A stretch of 64,000 nucleotides of DNA from Chrysomallon squamiferum (lineage: Eukaryota > Animalia > Mollusca). Every line of letters starts with the position of its first letter. The stretch's first letter is position 1. Location: assembly GCA_012295275.1 (NCBI GenBank), contig CM022670.1:8246001-8310000 (forward strand), written 5' to 3'. The notes below the pieces were generated by a model. It searched no databases and was not told where the DNA came from. It was given only the letters and a program-made list of their open reading frames with translations. This document shows, piece by piece, positions 24,365-39,253 of the stretch. A program made the translations under genes and the position numbers.

Positions 24365-27072
24365 ATTGTCAGAAGATGAAGTCCCGTTCTGCAGCTGACG
24401 TCCAAGTAGTCTCCCGTGACTTTCTTGTGACGTTTGCGTGGAGCCCATGGAGTCGAAGGAAACGTCATTCCTGATGACCAGACTGTCGAGATTTTTCGAG
24501 GCGACGGTGATCTCTGGTTTGTCGTTACTCTCCGAGTCGTTCCCGCGGTACTTGGTTCGACTCCTGTCGGATCTCTTTATCGCTGCAATGGTGACGATGA
24601 CAGCCACGGTGATAATCCCGGTCAGACTGCCCAGTATGACGACTACCAGCGTGTTTTCCGAGCTCAGTCGTCCGTGACCTGTCACGTTGGAGGCGAAAAC
24701 GAGTATATCCATTGTCATGTTCGACGACAGCCTCGGAACGCCTTGGTCCGTAACGACAACGGTAACGCGGTACACGCCAACATCGTTGACAGTTAGAGAT
24801 CGTTTGAGAATTAATTCGCCACTGATAGAATCAATGCCAAATGTTTCACCTGTTTGTCTTGTATCGACACCATTATCGCTGTCATCTCCGGACTGGGCAC
24901 CGTCTTGTCCCGAAGCGAGACGGGGCGGGATTCGCTCCTGTCCCGAGACAAGGTGGTACTGAAACTGGGCGTTCACCCCTTCATCATCATCACGAGCAAT
25001 AATGACGATGATTATAGTCCCAGGGGCGGTAGTGTGGGGCACGGAGAGAGACGAGTTGGCAGGGTCGGGGGACTGAATCACAGGCGAGTTGTCGTTTTGG
25101 TCGGTGACGTCGACAATAACAAGGGCAGAGCTACTTAAAGAGGGTTGTCCTTTATCAGCCACCCACACTCTGAACTGGTACTGTTGCTGAGCCTCGCGAT
25201 CTAACGCGTAATTTGTCCTCAGCACACCATCTGTTGAAAGGTCTAACACAAGATTACCTTCTCCCGTCATGTCCTCCATGTAATACGTTAGCTCTTTGTT
25301 CACTCCGGAATCTAAATCGAACGCCACGACTCTGTCAATGCGAGTCTTTGGCGGTTGGTTTTCCTGTATTTTAAATAGGAACAGTTGTTGAGAAAACATT
25401 GGTATTACGTCATTGACGTCGTTAATAGTAATGAGCACCGTGGTGCTCGTGTTTCGAGGAGGAATTCCCTTGTCTCTCGCAAACACTGTCACTGCGAGCT
25501 TGGGGGTGGTTTCTCGGTCAAATTCGTTCTCCGTAACAACGTCCCCATTAGGCAGAACGTCCACTCCGATCTGCCAGGCGTTAGGTATGACGTATTCAAT
25601 CTCCCCGTTTACTCCGAGGTCGAAATCTCTAGCACTCACTTGAGTTATGACACCTTTCGTGTTCTCGTCAATGCTCGCTACGTACATGTCTTTGAGAAAG
25701 TAGGGAGAATGGTCATTTTCGTCTCTGACCTCCACCGTGAAGCTGATGGTCGTGTTCAGCGGGGTTTTCCCAGCGTCTTCGCACGTGACGCTGACGTCAA
25801 TTTCGCTCTGAGACTCTCTGTCGAGAGCTTTCACGACTATCACTTTGTATTCCTTGACGTCCAGACCTTGCAGCTCGAACACGTCACTGCTGATAAAACA
25901 ACGCACTATCCCGTTCCGACCAGAATCCGGATCCAGAACGGCGATGTGAGCGACCACGGTCCCAGGCAAGGCGTACTCGGACACCCTGCCAGATGACAGG
26001 AGGTTCAGGTTAATGCTAGGGGGACTGTTGATTGAATCTTGAATAATGATATTCACGACAGCTTGAGAAATGAGGGGCGGGCTGCCTTTGTCGACACACT
26101 CCACTACAAAATTAAAAGTTTCTCCCTGAACTTTTTCCAGGCTGTTTGTAACACGAATCTCCCCAGAGGTTTTATTAATGTTTAAATATTTTCGGAAATT
26201 TCCGGCCTGAATCGGACTGAATCGGTAATAATCGACGCTATTTTCCTCGCTGTCGGCATCGTAGGCTTGCACTTGAACAACCGCTGCACCTATCGGGGTC
26301 GTTTCGTTGATGCTGACGTTGTACATGCTGGGAACAAACACCGGGCTGTTGTCGTTGACGTCGAGGACCGTGACGTTGATGACCATCTGACCAGACCTGG
26401 GAGGGACTCCGCCGTCGAAAGCAGTAATGATCATCTGGTAGTTTTTTTCCACTTCCCGGTCCAACCCACGACCCACCAAGAGGGTGACCACCTTCCCCCG
26501 TCAAGACGCTCCCCCACGTGAAGAGTGAACGGCGCCCCTCCTGTCTGCAGCACGTACTTCTGTAAAGAATTGTTCCCGATGTCTCTGTCGATCGCTCCGT
26601 CTATGGAATACGACGAATTGACCGACACGTCTTCGGAGATGTGCAACGATATGGACGAAACCGGGAAGACGGGGGAGTTGTCATTGACGTCGTCGAGGTA
26701 GACGTGCGTCCTCAGCTTGCGGAAGTACTGGTTGTTGACGGACTGTATGGCCACTTCGAGCTCGAGCAGGCAGTTGGTGATGAAGCCGCAGATGCCGTCT
26801 CTGTCGAGCGAGTCCTTCGTGTAGATCTGCCCCGTGTTGTTGATGATGCTGAAGTTGTTGCTGAACGGGTAGCCCTGCGTGAGGAACGTGTACCGCAACG
26901 ACCTCAACGCGTCCACGGAGAGAGAAGAATCCAAGTCTATCTGATCGGAAATTTTCCCTACGAAAACATTTTTCTTTTCTTCCAGAACGTGAAAAACTAC
27001 ATCTTGAGCATTGCGTATAGGTATCCATAGCAACAGAATTCCTAATAATAAAAAAAAGACGTGTCCTTCCAT
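24365..27072 (-). CDS. Protocadherin B, large exon (signal peptide, 7 cadherin repeats, TM), interrupted by a 1-nt frameshift at ~26495-26499
   Basis: ATG at 27072 gives the signal peptide MEGHVFFLLLGILLLWIPIRNA. ORFs 26431-27096 and 24329-26491 join if the G5 run in GACGGGGGAAGGTG is G6 (DGGKVVTLLVGRGLDRE). Linkers: DVNDNSP x2, DSINSPP, DENDHSP, DVNDVIP, DQNDNSP. TM LVVVILGSLTGIITVAVIVTIAAI. Donor AAT|GTAAGT at 24365/24364, phase 0. Confidence 0.92.
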
Positions 27073-27403
27073 CGCAAAACAATGTGAAATTCCCAAGAAC
27101 TCAAATAACCGAATGAATGGCTATAATAATCTCTTCTGGTTTTCTTTTTTCTCTCTTTCTTTTTTTCCTTTTTTTAAAAATTTAAATATATCACATCAAC
27201 GTTCCAGTGTTAAACAACATCCGTTAAAAGTCCACAGTATCTTCACCACGTAAAAACTCAGCATCTGAAAAAACACAAACATAAACAAAAACACAACATT
27301 AGTGAAAATGGCAGTTAATTAACCTCTGTGTAAAAGATTAAACGACGCTAATTGAAAATTTACAACATCGCGTAATTAATTTTGAAATGAAGCTACTGTT
27401 TAC

Positions 27404-27780
27404 CTACACAAACTGTGCGTGGATGGGTCCACCAGTTTCACTTAACAAAAAAACAACCGAGAGAAATGCAAACAGCTCACTTCATAGCACAAACCTTGCT
27501 AACAGAATGCTTTAGTACTACTACATAAAACCTGTTATCACCGCTGGGTTTGTTAATAGCAGTAGGCCCCGCCCACTAACTTGTGCCAGTAGCCAATCAT
27601 CGTTCAGGCCGCCTTGCCAAATGCAAGCCGCGGTATGAAATAGACTCCGCGCAAGACGCAGAGATGTAACAATAAACCCGATGACTGACAAGTCGGGAAG
27701 GGTGATGGCGGGTGTATGGGACAAGTGTGGGTTCTTGGCGTAAAAAAAAGAGAAAGAAAGCCACGCCCCCTTGTATAATG
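27404..27780 (-). promoter_or_regulatory. Proximal promoter and short non-coding first exon of PcdhB
   Basis: Donor TAG|GTAAAC at 27404/27403 and acceptor TTTTTTCAG| at 27265/27264 upstream of the ATG. GC box GGCCCCGCCC at 27565-27574, CCAAT box AGCCAATCA at 27591-27599, KLF-like CCACGCCCCC at 27761-27770. Locally GC-rich. Confidence 0.6.
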
Positions 27781-28755
27781 TAGTGCAGTTTCGCGAAATG
27801 TACAAAATATTTCTACAAATTAAAGGATTTGTAAATGAGTATTTTACAGTTTGCTACGTTTAATAGGCTTCTCTCCTTTTGTTTTCTAAATAATGAAATG
27901 AAATAAATAAATAAATAAATAAATAAATGCGCAACTAGGTAATCAAACAAATATTAGTCTATCTATCTATCTATCTGTCTAACTATCTGTTTGTCTATCT
28001 GTCTATATCTGTTTATCTGTTACACATAAACACACATATAGATAAAAAAAAAAAATATATATAGATAAATAGATAGGTAGATAGAAAGATAGATGGATAG
28101 ACAGACAGACAGACAGAATGAAGTATTATTTTTCTAAATTTATATTTCTCGCACTACTCAACTCAAAAAAAAATGCATCAATAAATAAATAAATAAATAG
28201 ATAAATAAATAAATAAATAACCATCTTGTTAAAAAACGATTATCTTTTGTGTACGTGCAACCTCACAACAATAGAGACAACGCGATGTAGTTGTATTATT
28301 TTTAAAAACTCATAAAGAAAAAAAAACCAAAAAAATTAAGAAATAATTAATGAAGGAAACAAATGCCGGAAAGGGTAGAATGCTCATTACTCAGAAACAT
28401 GACATGTAAAAACGTTTATCACAGCTCTGTGTCCTTTTTTTAATAACAAAGTGATTATTGTTCTTTCTCTGTTGTTAACATAAGTAAATTGTGCTTTACA
28501 GAAAAAGAGTTGTATGTTTCTACATTAGTAATATTCCAATAACAATTGTGATTAACAGATCTAATGCTCTACGTTTACTTCCACAGCTGCTACTACTGCT
28601 GATGCTGTTTCTAAAACTACTGCTACTACAACTATTTTTACTTCTGGGAAATAACTAACACCAGCTAATATTTTATCAGAGCATATTCTTTTGCTTTCAG
28701 AGCTGTCCATGAGAAAGAATCAAACTTATCTGTACAAAGAGTAAAGATTTCTATC

Positions 28756-28797
<42 letters not shown>

Positions 28798-28805
28798 ATA
28801 ATAAT

Positions 28806-28836
<31 letters not shown>

Positions 28837-29859
28837 TTAATAATAATAATGAAAAATAAAACTTTTTATTCAAAATATATTAAATAATTTAGAGTAAATT
28901 CTTTCTAAATTTGAAAGAAATTTACTATTATTATATTGAGGGTTTTCTTTCGAGAAAATTATTATAAATTTATATTAGACAAATTTATAGAGAGAGAGAG
29001 AGAGAGAGAGAATTGTTATCAAATTTAATCGATTTTTGTTTTTAATATATACTATTTCACTAAAATCTTCTAAAAATGAATAATTTAAATCTTTATTTAT
29101 TTATTTTTTTTTATTTCTCGAGGATTAATTAGTTCACATCACAAGAACATCAAACTCTTTTCAAAATAATGTTTTAATCTTCTAAACTTAAACAGGTGCG
29201 AAATAACAAAATCATTTCATCCTAATGGATATGGAAATGTTTTTAACAATATTATAAACACAAACAACAGATACAGGTACATTATCTCTTACAGGTAAAG
29301 GTGAGAAATAACAGTATAATTACCTGTCGTTCTAAATGTAGTCTGTAATGATCATGCGGCTGTTTACACGAGAACAGTGAGTATATTATAAGGCAGTGTT
29401 ATAACACACAAAAGGTATTAGAAGTGTAAACATTAATTTACTGAAGTATATTAAAAATATAATAGACTATTATAGCATGGTGTTTTAAATAATGTACACT
29501 TATAACCAATTTCAGAAAAAAACACGGTTAAGTTGTGTGTACAGTTCCAGACATTTTTTGTACAATGGTGTTTTAAATATATAAGTTTTGCATAGTTAGA
29601 ATGCCTTTTCAAAACAGATTTTAACATAAGGTGATAAACTATATACAGATATGGATTAAACTATTTTACGGTAATCTTTTGTAAACATTAATTTCGTCAA
29701 TTCAGAATACTGTATCTGGTGCTGTTTAAATAGTTATATACATTTGTTTATTCCATGTCGCAATATACTAAACTATTATAACTGGACTCTTAAATGTAAA
29801 ATTTGCGTATATTTAAAATTAATCAATTTTTTAAAACCTTTTATGCATATACATACAAC

Positions 29860-29877
29860 CATACATACATACATACA

Positions 29878-29913
<36 letters not shown>

Positions 29914-30100
29914 TATATACATACATATATATATATATACACACACACACATACATACATACATATATACATAAACATACATACATACATACATACATAC
30001 ACATTCACACACATATTCATACATATACATCCATCCATGCATCTATCCATTCATCCATGTACATATATATGCACACACACACATACATATCTACACACAT
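29860..30100. repeat. (ACAT)n/(AT)n/(AC)n compound microsatellite
   Basis: Direct inspection. Confidence 0.9.
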
Positions 30101-30541
30101 TATTTCATTAAAGAAAACGTGTAGAATAACACTAGATAAAGTTGATCCTGTTGTATGTTTACTTGTACTTGACACAAGTTTGACTGTGTTGTAAACACGT
30201 ACATTAGACACACGGCTAATCGGTCTGGTTCGTGTCAGGACCTGTTGTAAAGTTACATTTATCCTAACAGAGATAAGAAGATTATCCAACAAAAGTCGAT
30301 GACGTGGTCGCATCAGTCTCCTAATAAACTACGCGTCGACAGCTTTGACGACGTCGTGTAGTGATTATAGTTATGAGAATGGTAGGTACCGTGTTCAGAT
30401 GTTCGTGGAAGCGATTTCGAATTTAGTTAGAAAAAGGTAAAAAGATGATGTAAGTTAATTGTAACAAGGATTTTAAATTTTGAGATATTCTAGTAATCTG
30501 ACAGAGTGGGAATGCACGAGTTAGAAAATTAGATAAAATTA

Positions 30542-31255
<714 letters not shown>

Positions 31256-31719
31256 CCAAGTGAACCACCGATTTAGTTCAATGTGGACGGTTTGTAAACA
31301 CTGGAAGTAAACAGAACGAAAACAAGTAATACTCGGAAACACACCTACACGTACCGCAGACATAAAAACTCTATGACAGCAGTGAGTGCACGTGTAGATG
31401 GCACACATAAACTGCATGAAGTGTGTTTTGCAAAAAAGAAAAACATACAAAACACCAGGACGGTCATTTTGACGCAGCTGTTGGCCTCGGAATGACCACA
31501 GATAAATCGGCAATGGAGTGGTCATCCCATACAACGGAAGTCGCGTCTTGGGTGGACAATGACAGTGGACAGTGGACATTATTGCGGTGGACAGTGGCCA
31601 CTTGAATGCGGCTCAGAGTTGTGATATTAAATGATTACAATATGATAAGGGAAATACATTCATCTGTTATTTGTAAGCTAGCAGGAAAAAACCTATGTCT
31701 GTTTATATGTGGAAAATTT

Positions 31720-31736
31720 ACATATAGATGGCGCTG
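31720..31736 (+). promoter_or_regulatory. CTCF-like motif
   Basis: CATATAGATGGCGCTG contains the core TAGATGGCGC. Confidence 0.3.
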
Positions 31737-32044
31737 TACGTTAACCTGTTGATCTGTAGATACCACAACATCAACATCAACAACGTGAGAAAATTAAACT
31801 GTATGACCTCTTTCAGTTTTGTGAAGATATGGTGTTGTCACTGTTGCTGCTGCGTGTTGTTTTTCTTCTCCAACTACCAAAACAGATTCACTTACTAATT
31901 ATGCTGCTGCTGTGGATGTTGCTGCTGCTAAGGCTATTCGTGTAGTTGTTGCTGCTGCTACAACCATCAATACAACAACTGTCACTACAATTATTTTAAC
32001 ATTTCATCTGCTGATTCTATCATCACAATAAGAAGGAGATATGA

Positions 32045-32400
32045 TACTATTACTACTATTACTACAAAAGTTACTATGAAAATAACAACGACTACCACTA
32101 CTACTATTAATACCTGTATTACTACTACTACTGTTGCTGTTACTGCTGCAGCTACTGCTTTTATAGATATTATGAAAATAACAACTACTACTTTTGCAAG
32201 ATACTACTGCAGCTACTGCTTTTACAGATATTATGATAGTAACAATTACTACTTTTGCAAGATACTACTACTACTACTTCTACTACTACTACAACTATGC
32301 CACTGTAGCTGCTTCTAATACTGCTGCTACTTCTACTTATACTAGCATTACTACCACAGCTATGCCCACTACGTCATTAGTACGACTATCACTGCTTCAG
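32045..32400. repeat. (ACT/GCT)n region with an internal ~55-60 bp duplication
   Basis: CTACTGCTTTTAYAGATATTATGA...ACTACTTTTGCAAGATACTACT occurs twice. Confidence 0.8.
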
Positions 32401-33376
32401 CAATAATGGCCATTGTCAATATTATCCTCGATGTTATCATACATTAAAAATTACACACGGTTCATTTATAATTGTATTTTAATATTCAGACATACAAATG
32501 AAGCAAACAAGAATCACGCCCTATACACAGGCGTCCGTCATTAATCCAGCACTACTTTTATATCCGTAGAATGTAAGTACATAAATAACTTTCAGAATGC
32601 TTAATTTATTACAGCGTCAGAAGATTACAAGTCATAAATCTTTTATCAGAATCCAAATTCTATTGATATGAATGTCTGGAAGATATATGCCTCTTCTCCT
32701 GATTACCCACAGTATGTGGAACATGGATGTCAGAAAACAAATAAATAAAAAAAGAAATAATCAGATAAAATATTTTTTAAAAAAAAAAAAGAAAAGAAAA
32801 ACATCACTCATTTCAGGCAACCCGAATTTTCTATTAAGATTAATCATTATGGATAGTCTACTACACTCGGAGGTTTTTTTTTTCAATAGCACCCATCGAA
32901 GGCATGCGTCTCTACACAAATATATACCCACCCCTCATTACCCAGCCCTAAAGGAAGGTAATGAAGTGGGACCCCGAAAAAACGCATCATTCATGTGTAG
33001 GGAAGGTAGAAGCTCTGACTTACAGCCCTTATAAAACGTCACTCGTCTGCTCTTCGCTGTACGGCTAAACAAAGACCAGAATTATTTATGACTCGATCGA
33101 TTTGGAATATTCAATAATACCAGAGCGACGACTTTCGGATAAACAGCCATTGTTCTATTATTTACACGGGCCAAGCGGGCGGTGCCCGGTCCATTAGAGA
33201 CTGTTGCATGCAAGGAAACTGCGTGACCACTGATCAGTCTGGCAGAGGGCTGGTGAAAACGTCTTTTGATTTTTTCAAGATGGAATATCCGTATTTTTGC
33301 TGCAGAAATTGTAAATGCAAATTATCAAACTTGAAAGTTAAAATGAGAAAATATTAGTATAAATGTGAAAATAGGG

Positions 33377-33421
<45 letters not shown>

Positions 33422-33755
33422 TAATAAATTAAGGTAAGTATACAGTGATAGTAATAATAATACATGATGGTGATAATAATGATGATGATACTACTGTTAA
33501 TAAAGATGAAAATAATAATTAATAATGATAATGGTGATGATGATGATGAAAATATCCACGGTAGTGATATTAATAAATTTCTATTCTGGATTTTATTCTT
33601 ATCATTAACCATTACGAAGAGCATCATCACCAGATCATCATCATCATCATTTTTACTATGAAAAAAAAAAATAAACTGAAAACCTTATTATTCAGTAAGA
33701 AGAAATCCTTAGAAAGAAATAAACGGAAAATTAAAGTCTACAGTAAATGAATTTG

Positions 33756-33801
<46 letters not shown>

Positions 33802-36800
33802 ATAATAATAAATATAATAAATAAAAAATTAAATTTTAAAAATCAAAAATCTATTTAGAATAAATAAATAAATGCATAAATAAATAATATTCCAAATGCA
33901 TAATGTAATAATTATATAAATAAATTATAATTAATGAATATTTATTTGTTTGGCTTGAAGTCGTGTTTTTACAAACTGAATAAACATTAAAACAAATAAG
34001 AGTAGTAAAAATAACGTAAAGTAGTCTCAAAGAGAAAATAAATGAAAATATTAACCCTTAAACCTAATTTATTTATAAGAAAATTAAATTTTTGTTCATG
34101 TTAATATTCCATCAGGGGAGAGTATTTACCAAATGATGAAAGTAACGTACAATACTACGTAATAAATCATATAATCTAGTTACGCTTTAAAATGCAGCTA
34201 CGTGTTTCATTTTAACGTTCGTTTGATTCGAATCGCCAGGAATTTGAGTCAGAATTTTGTAACGTAACGTTTAGACTTTCACACAGGGTTTTTCAATTAA
34301 TACGATGTTCTATGTAATGATTAGCGGCCAGTCTACTTTGTTCTGCGTAATTTCCATCGCACAGCAGAGCACCAACAACATGTGGTTAAAATCTTGTCTT
34401 TAGATTATTTAGACTAGTTATAAACACTTGGGAATTGAAAAATTCTGACGTCCGTTTGATTGGTCTAAGTAAAATAAACAGCAATTAAATTTCCATTAGC
34501 AATTAATGATGAAATGTGTTGCAAGAGTAACAATAACATATTATATTATTCTCCGTATCGTTCATATCGAATAGTACTAACAGTTTAAGTTTGTAAAATA
34601 AAAACACAAATAAGTTTATATAGTTATGTAATTTTTAAAAGACGTATCGTGTTTAAAATAATTAAATATAAGGAATTGTTCTATGTAAAAATTCGTTAAG
34701 TTCTTTCCAGGGCGATTATCAAGCTAATTTTCCATTCCTTCAGTAAGTTTTCAAATGATGTCGTTGTCCTTTTTAGGACATTAAATATGAAATAACAAAC
34801 TTTCCAGTTTATGGGAAGGTACATATAAAAACTACTTATTGCTAATCATAAAGAGAAACGCGCAGTAAAACAGCTCTGAGTTTTCTTACTTCTGTTACTG
34901 TTATACAAATATATAGTCTTTAATAATAAACTGACTGATGCATAATTAAACAAATTCACCCTATATTAATTTATTCATTCGTCAATCCATCCATCCATCC
35001 ATCCATCCATCCGTCATTTCATTCTAACAACTTCTACATCTCTGATTCTGTTTTGCACATAAAAGCGTTTTGAGAACAGATGTATTTTAATCATCATCGT
35101 TTGTCGTTTGTATTTCCCTCCTTAATCATCGGCTGCTCCTTTGTGCGACATCGTGTGGTCAGTGCATTCACCGATCTCTGTCTCTGACCACGCCGCGAGA
35201 CACCTTCACTTCCACAAGAAAAGATCTCTTCTTTTTCTTTTTTCTTTTTTTTTCTAGTGGTGACCTTTCGCGAAATTCGACTCCTATCAGTGAGCCATTT
35301 GTACAAATTAGGCACCGCTCAGTAATTTTCATTGACAAAATCTTTTATTCTTGCACAATAAGGGGCTTCCGGGATTCAAGATGTCTGACCCTCTCATCCC
35401 GCCACGATTCCTCTTAAACAAACACGACGATGGAGAAACGCGTCTTGTCGCAGTCTCGTTCAGACGACACGAAACTCAAACAAACTGTTGATTGCATTGG
35501 TCGTAGAGGCTGGATGAAATTATTAACACAGTGTTGATTACCCAGACTTCGGGGATCGTTGACTTTATTGTAGAGACACGGGATTAATGGATACCCGATG
35601 AAATAGAAACTACGGGCTGATCCCGAGCGAAAACACTGTCATTTTGAAGAGATTAGAAATAAAATCTTTAAAGTCTTTGGAAAAATTTAAATTAAAGGAC
35701 ATGTGTTCAAAATAAAAATCGGTCTGTTTGTTTGATGAAGACTACGAAATCCAGTTATTAATCTAGTCATTAATATAATAAGGTTTTGTAAAAAGATGGA
35801 AGAAAAAAATATCAAAAGAAGGTGATGCTAGGGAAGCCTGAATTATTGGGGAAAAAATGAGGGACAGGAGAAAAAGAAAGAGAGAAAGAAAGAATAAAAG
35901 TAAAAATAGTGAGTAACAGGAAGAAAAAAGAGAGAAAAAGACAAGAGACAGGGAGAGAGTGAAAAAGAGAAAGACTGAGAACGTAAGAAAAAGAAAGAGA
36001 GAGAAAGAGAAAAATAAAGGAGAAATACATAATTATTTATCTGTAAACGATTCCCAGATCACTCGTTCGTCAAACTAGCTTCACTCCAAACAAATTCCAA
36101 GTAATACAAATACTGATACTTTCTTCTGACCGCACTCACAAATAAAACAACGTTAATAAACACACACCTACAGCGTAAGCCAAAAAAAAGAAAAAACAAC
36201 AAAAAAGCGCAATTGTTCTAGAAAAGCCGGGATACTTAAAAATCTATAACTGCATTTAGCATCCTTTAATGTGACAGCTTGGAACTGGGCTGGTCGTGGT
36301 CGTGTTTACTGGACACACTGACCATAACGGACAAATGTGCTTTACAAGTGACCAAGAAATCATTTATCATTGCGCGGTATATTGCATTCCACTTACCGTG
36401 TCAACAAGAGGCCAGAACGCTGGGATGTCTTTTCAGAAGAAAGGTCCTGGAATGAGTTTAATGGTGGAAGTGTTCATTTGCCAGAAAATGTAGCCACCAT
36501 TAATGAGTGATTAACGACCAGACAACACCAAACAGACGCAGTAAATCTTGAAATGGTTTACATCTGTTTTACAAGTAGTCGAGCTAAAATCAATTTTCTT
36601 AATCCTGTAAAGTAAGAAGTTGTTTGTGGTCGACTGGGATTTCGGTTTAGGAAAATAGAAAAAAATGAGGAGGAAAAGAAAACAAAATATGTTCATGAGA
36701 AAAATACATCCATGTCTCGCACACACAATTATACAAAGAAAAAAACATGATATACAAAGACGCATAATAATTATTCAGACAAATGTATATTATAGATACA

Positions 36801-36911
36801 AAAAAACAACAACAACTTTATGTAGTTAGAATAAGAGAAAAAAAAAAGAAAAAAAGAGAAGAAGTAGAATACGAAGAAAGGAAGTATGAAAAGGAAGTAA
36901 TAATAATAATC

Positions 36912-36972
<61 letters not shown>

Positions 36973-37258
36973 ATATACAAATTATAGCCAAAACTATAGG
37001 CACAAAAAACAACAGCAAGAAAACAACAACAACAACAACAACAAACTAACAAGCAAAAAATAAAAGTTGATATGTATTTAATAGCTGTCAAGAAGAATGT
37101 ACAATTTTCTTTCTTAATATGTTTTTCTAATTTTAAACAGTAAAAATGTCAAGGTTGCACGAGTTTTGTCCCCTTATTGATTGCGGGTTTATGGTAAAGG
37201 ACTATTTCATTAAACTACTTCATTGTAATCTAATCATTTACTGATAAAACTAGATCCA

Positions 37259-37262
<4 letters not shown>

Positions 37263-37327
<65 letters not shown>
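37263..37327. repeat. (GA)n microsatellite
   Basis: Direct inspection. Confidence 0.95.
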
Positions 37328-37330
<3 letters not shown>

Positions 37331-39175
37331 GTTTATTTCTGAATGAGGAAAAAACCGTGAGATTCCAGTTGAAAAAAAATCAGAGATAGACAGAGAGAAA
37401 AAGACAGAGAGAAAAAAAGGAAGAAAGGAGAAAGAATGAAAGAGAGAAATAGAGAACGAAAAAAAAGAAGGTAATTACTCTCTTTTTTTCATCAATACAT
37501 ACATCACAGCAACGTTACCCAATAAAAAAAGATAAAATCAAAGATGTCTTCAAAAGATATGTTAACTGTTATAACTGTTCTGCACAGTACATGACAAATC
37601 AGTGACACAAGTATTCCTGACACACACCTGAACATCTTGCACACTCAGGCCATTTCTGTGTTTCACGTAACTCAAGTGAAGAAAAGAAAAACACGCCACA
37701 CATACTGTGTATGTATCATTCCCTGCTGTCGTGTCATGAACCTAATTGCAAACGAAAACCTTTGTGTCTCGTCGCAACAAAAAATGTCACCACGCTGTCT
37801 CACTGGTTCCACACAGCGAGCTACAAATGCTATCATCGCCAACCATCTATCTGCACAATGCAAGAAGATTTTGTAAGAAATAGTCAGCCTTGTTTCACAG
37901 TGGTCATTACACAGTTTGAGAGCAAACAGACACAGTGGAGAAGGTGTCTGAAATATGTCCACTCTCCATTCCAGTCCAGTTCTTGACCTCTGCTTGCATT
38001 CCTGGACGTTCAATCATTGACCGTATCAAGGTCGAAGAAATGAAAATATTTTCACTTAACAGTTTGTTGCTAATTATTTCTTTGTGAGCTCTAATTATTT
38101 GACGAGGTATTTAAACTTTAAACTGATGATGTTGATATTTATTCCAAGTTTTATACGAGTTAATTTTTTTTCTCTTTTTCAGCTTTGTAAATTTATTTCG
38201 GCATGTTTTTTTTTTTTTTTTTTTTTTTTAAATACAAATATTTGAAAAAATGTTTAATCTAAACGACCTCTGTTGACATCTAATTTAAAATCATATGAAA
38301 TAACTTTTTCTTTGTGTAAATGTCAAGTTAATTTGACAAAAAAGAACAATAAATACCTGACAAAATGTTTCGATTATAAATGAAATCTGTTTACATTTTA
38401 TCCTGTTTTCCAGTCTAAATATCTACTTGTTCAAAATTCAGATTTAAACTGAAACGTTAGTCAAACGAAAAATGTTAAAACTAACTGCGATTTTTATCAC
38501 TGTTCAGCACCTGAATATTTTGATATCAGTTTGATTTCTCATCTTAAAGCAAAAAAATAATAAATAAAAAATTACTTTAAGTGCAAAAAGTATTTAATCT
38601 TGTCAATCGATTAATTTATATCTGTATAAACAAGATATTAACGATGCTACTTCATCAATATTAGTTTGATAAAAACAATACTAAAATAATAATTTGTAGT
38701 TACAATGTGCGTAATCATAGCAGCAGTAGTAGTAAAATTAGTAAGAACAACAGCAACAGCAGCAATAGTAATTATAGTGGTACTAGTAGCAGTAGTAATA
38801 TTAGTACTAGCAGTAATAATAATAATAATAATAGTAGTAGTAGTACTAGTATAATAGTAATAATAATAGTAGTGGAAGTAGTGGTACTAGTACTAGTAAT
38901 AGTAGTAGTAATAATAGCAGTTCCAATATTAGTAGATGTAGAAGTAGTAGTAGTAGAGGTAGTAGTAGTAGCAATAATGATGATATTGATGACGGTGATA
39001 AAGATTATGATGATGACGATAATAATAATAATAATTCTAATAGTAATAGTAGTAACAGCAGCGGTAGCAGAATTATTGTATTAATAACAGTAATTGAAGT
39101 GTTTGATGTAACTATTGAAGTGCTATTAATGCCAGTGATAATCGTGATCTTATATAAATAAATAAATAATAATAA

Positions 39176-39206
<31 letters not shown>

Positions 39207-39222
39207 TGGTGTGAAAAGATTA

Positions 39223-39253
<31 letters not shown>

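Noticed and set aside
26490-26505. Programmed -1 ribosomal frameshift in PcdhB
   Set aside because: G GGA AGG and C GGG GGA do not fit the X XXY YYZ slippery heptamer. A homopolymer indel is more parsimonious.
24434-27082. Overlapping antisense and alternate-frame ORFs (e.g. 25385-25996, 26641-27030, 26681-27082)
   Set aside because: They are shadows of the GC3-rich protocadherin frame, which depletes stop codons in other frames. No recognisable domains.
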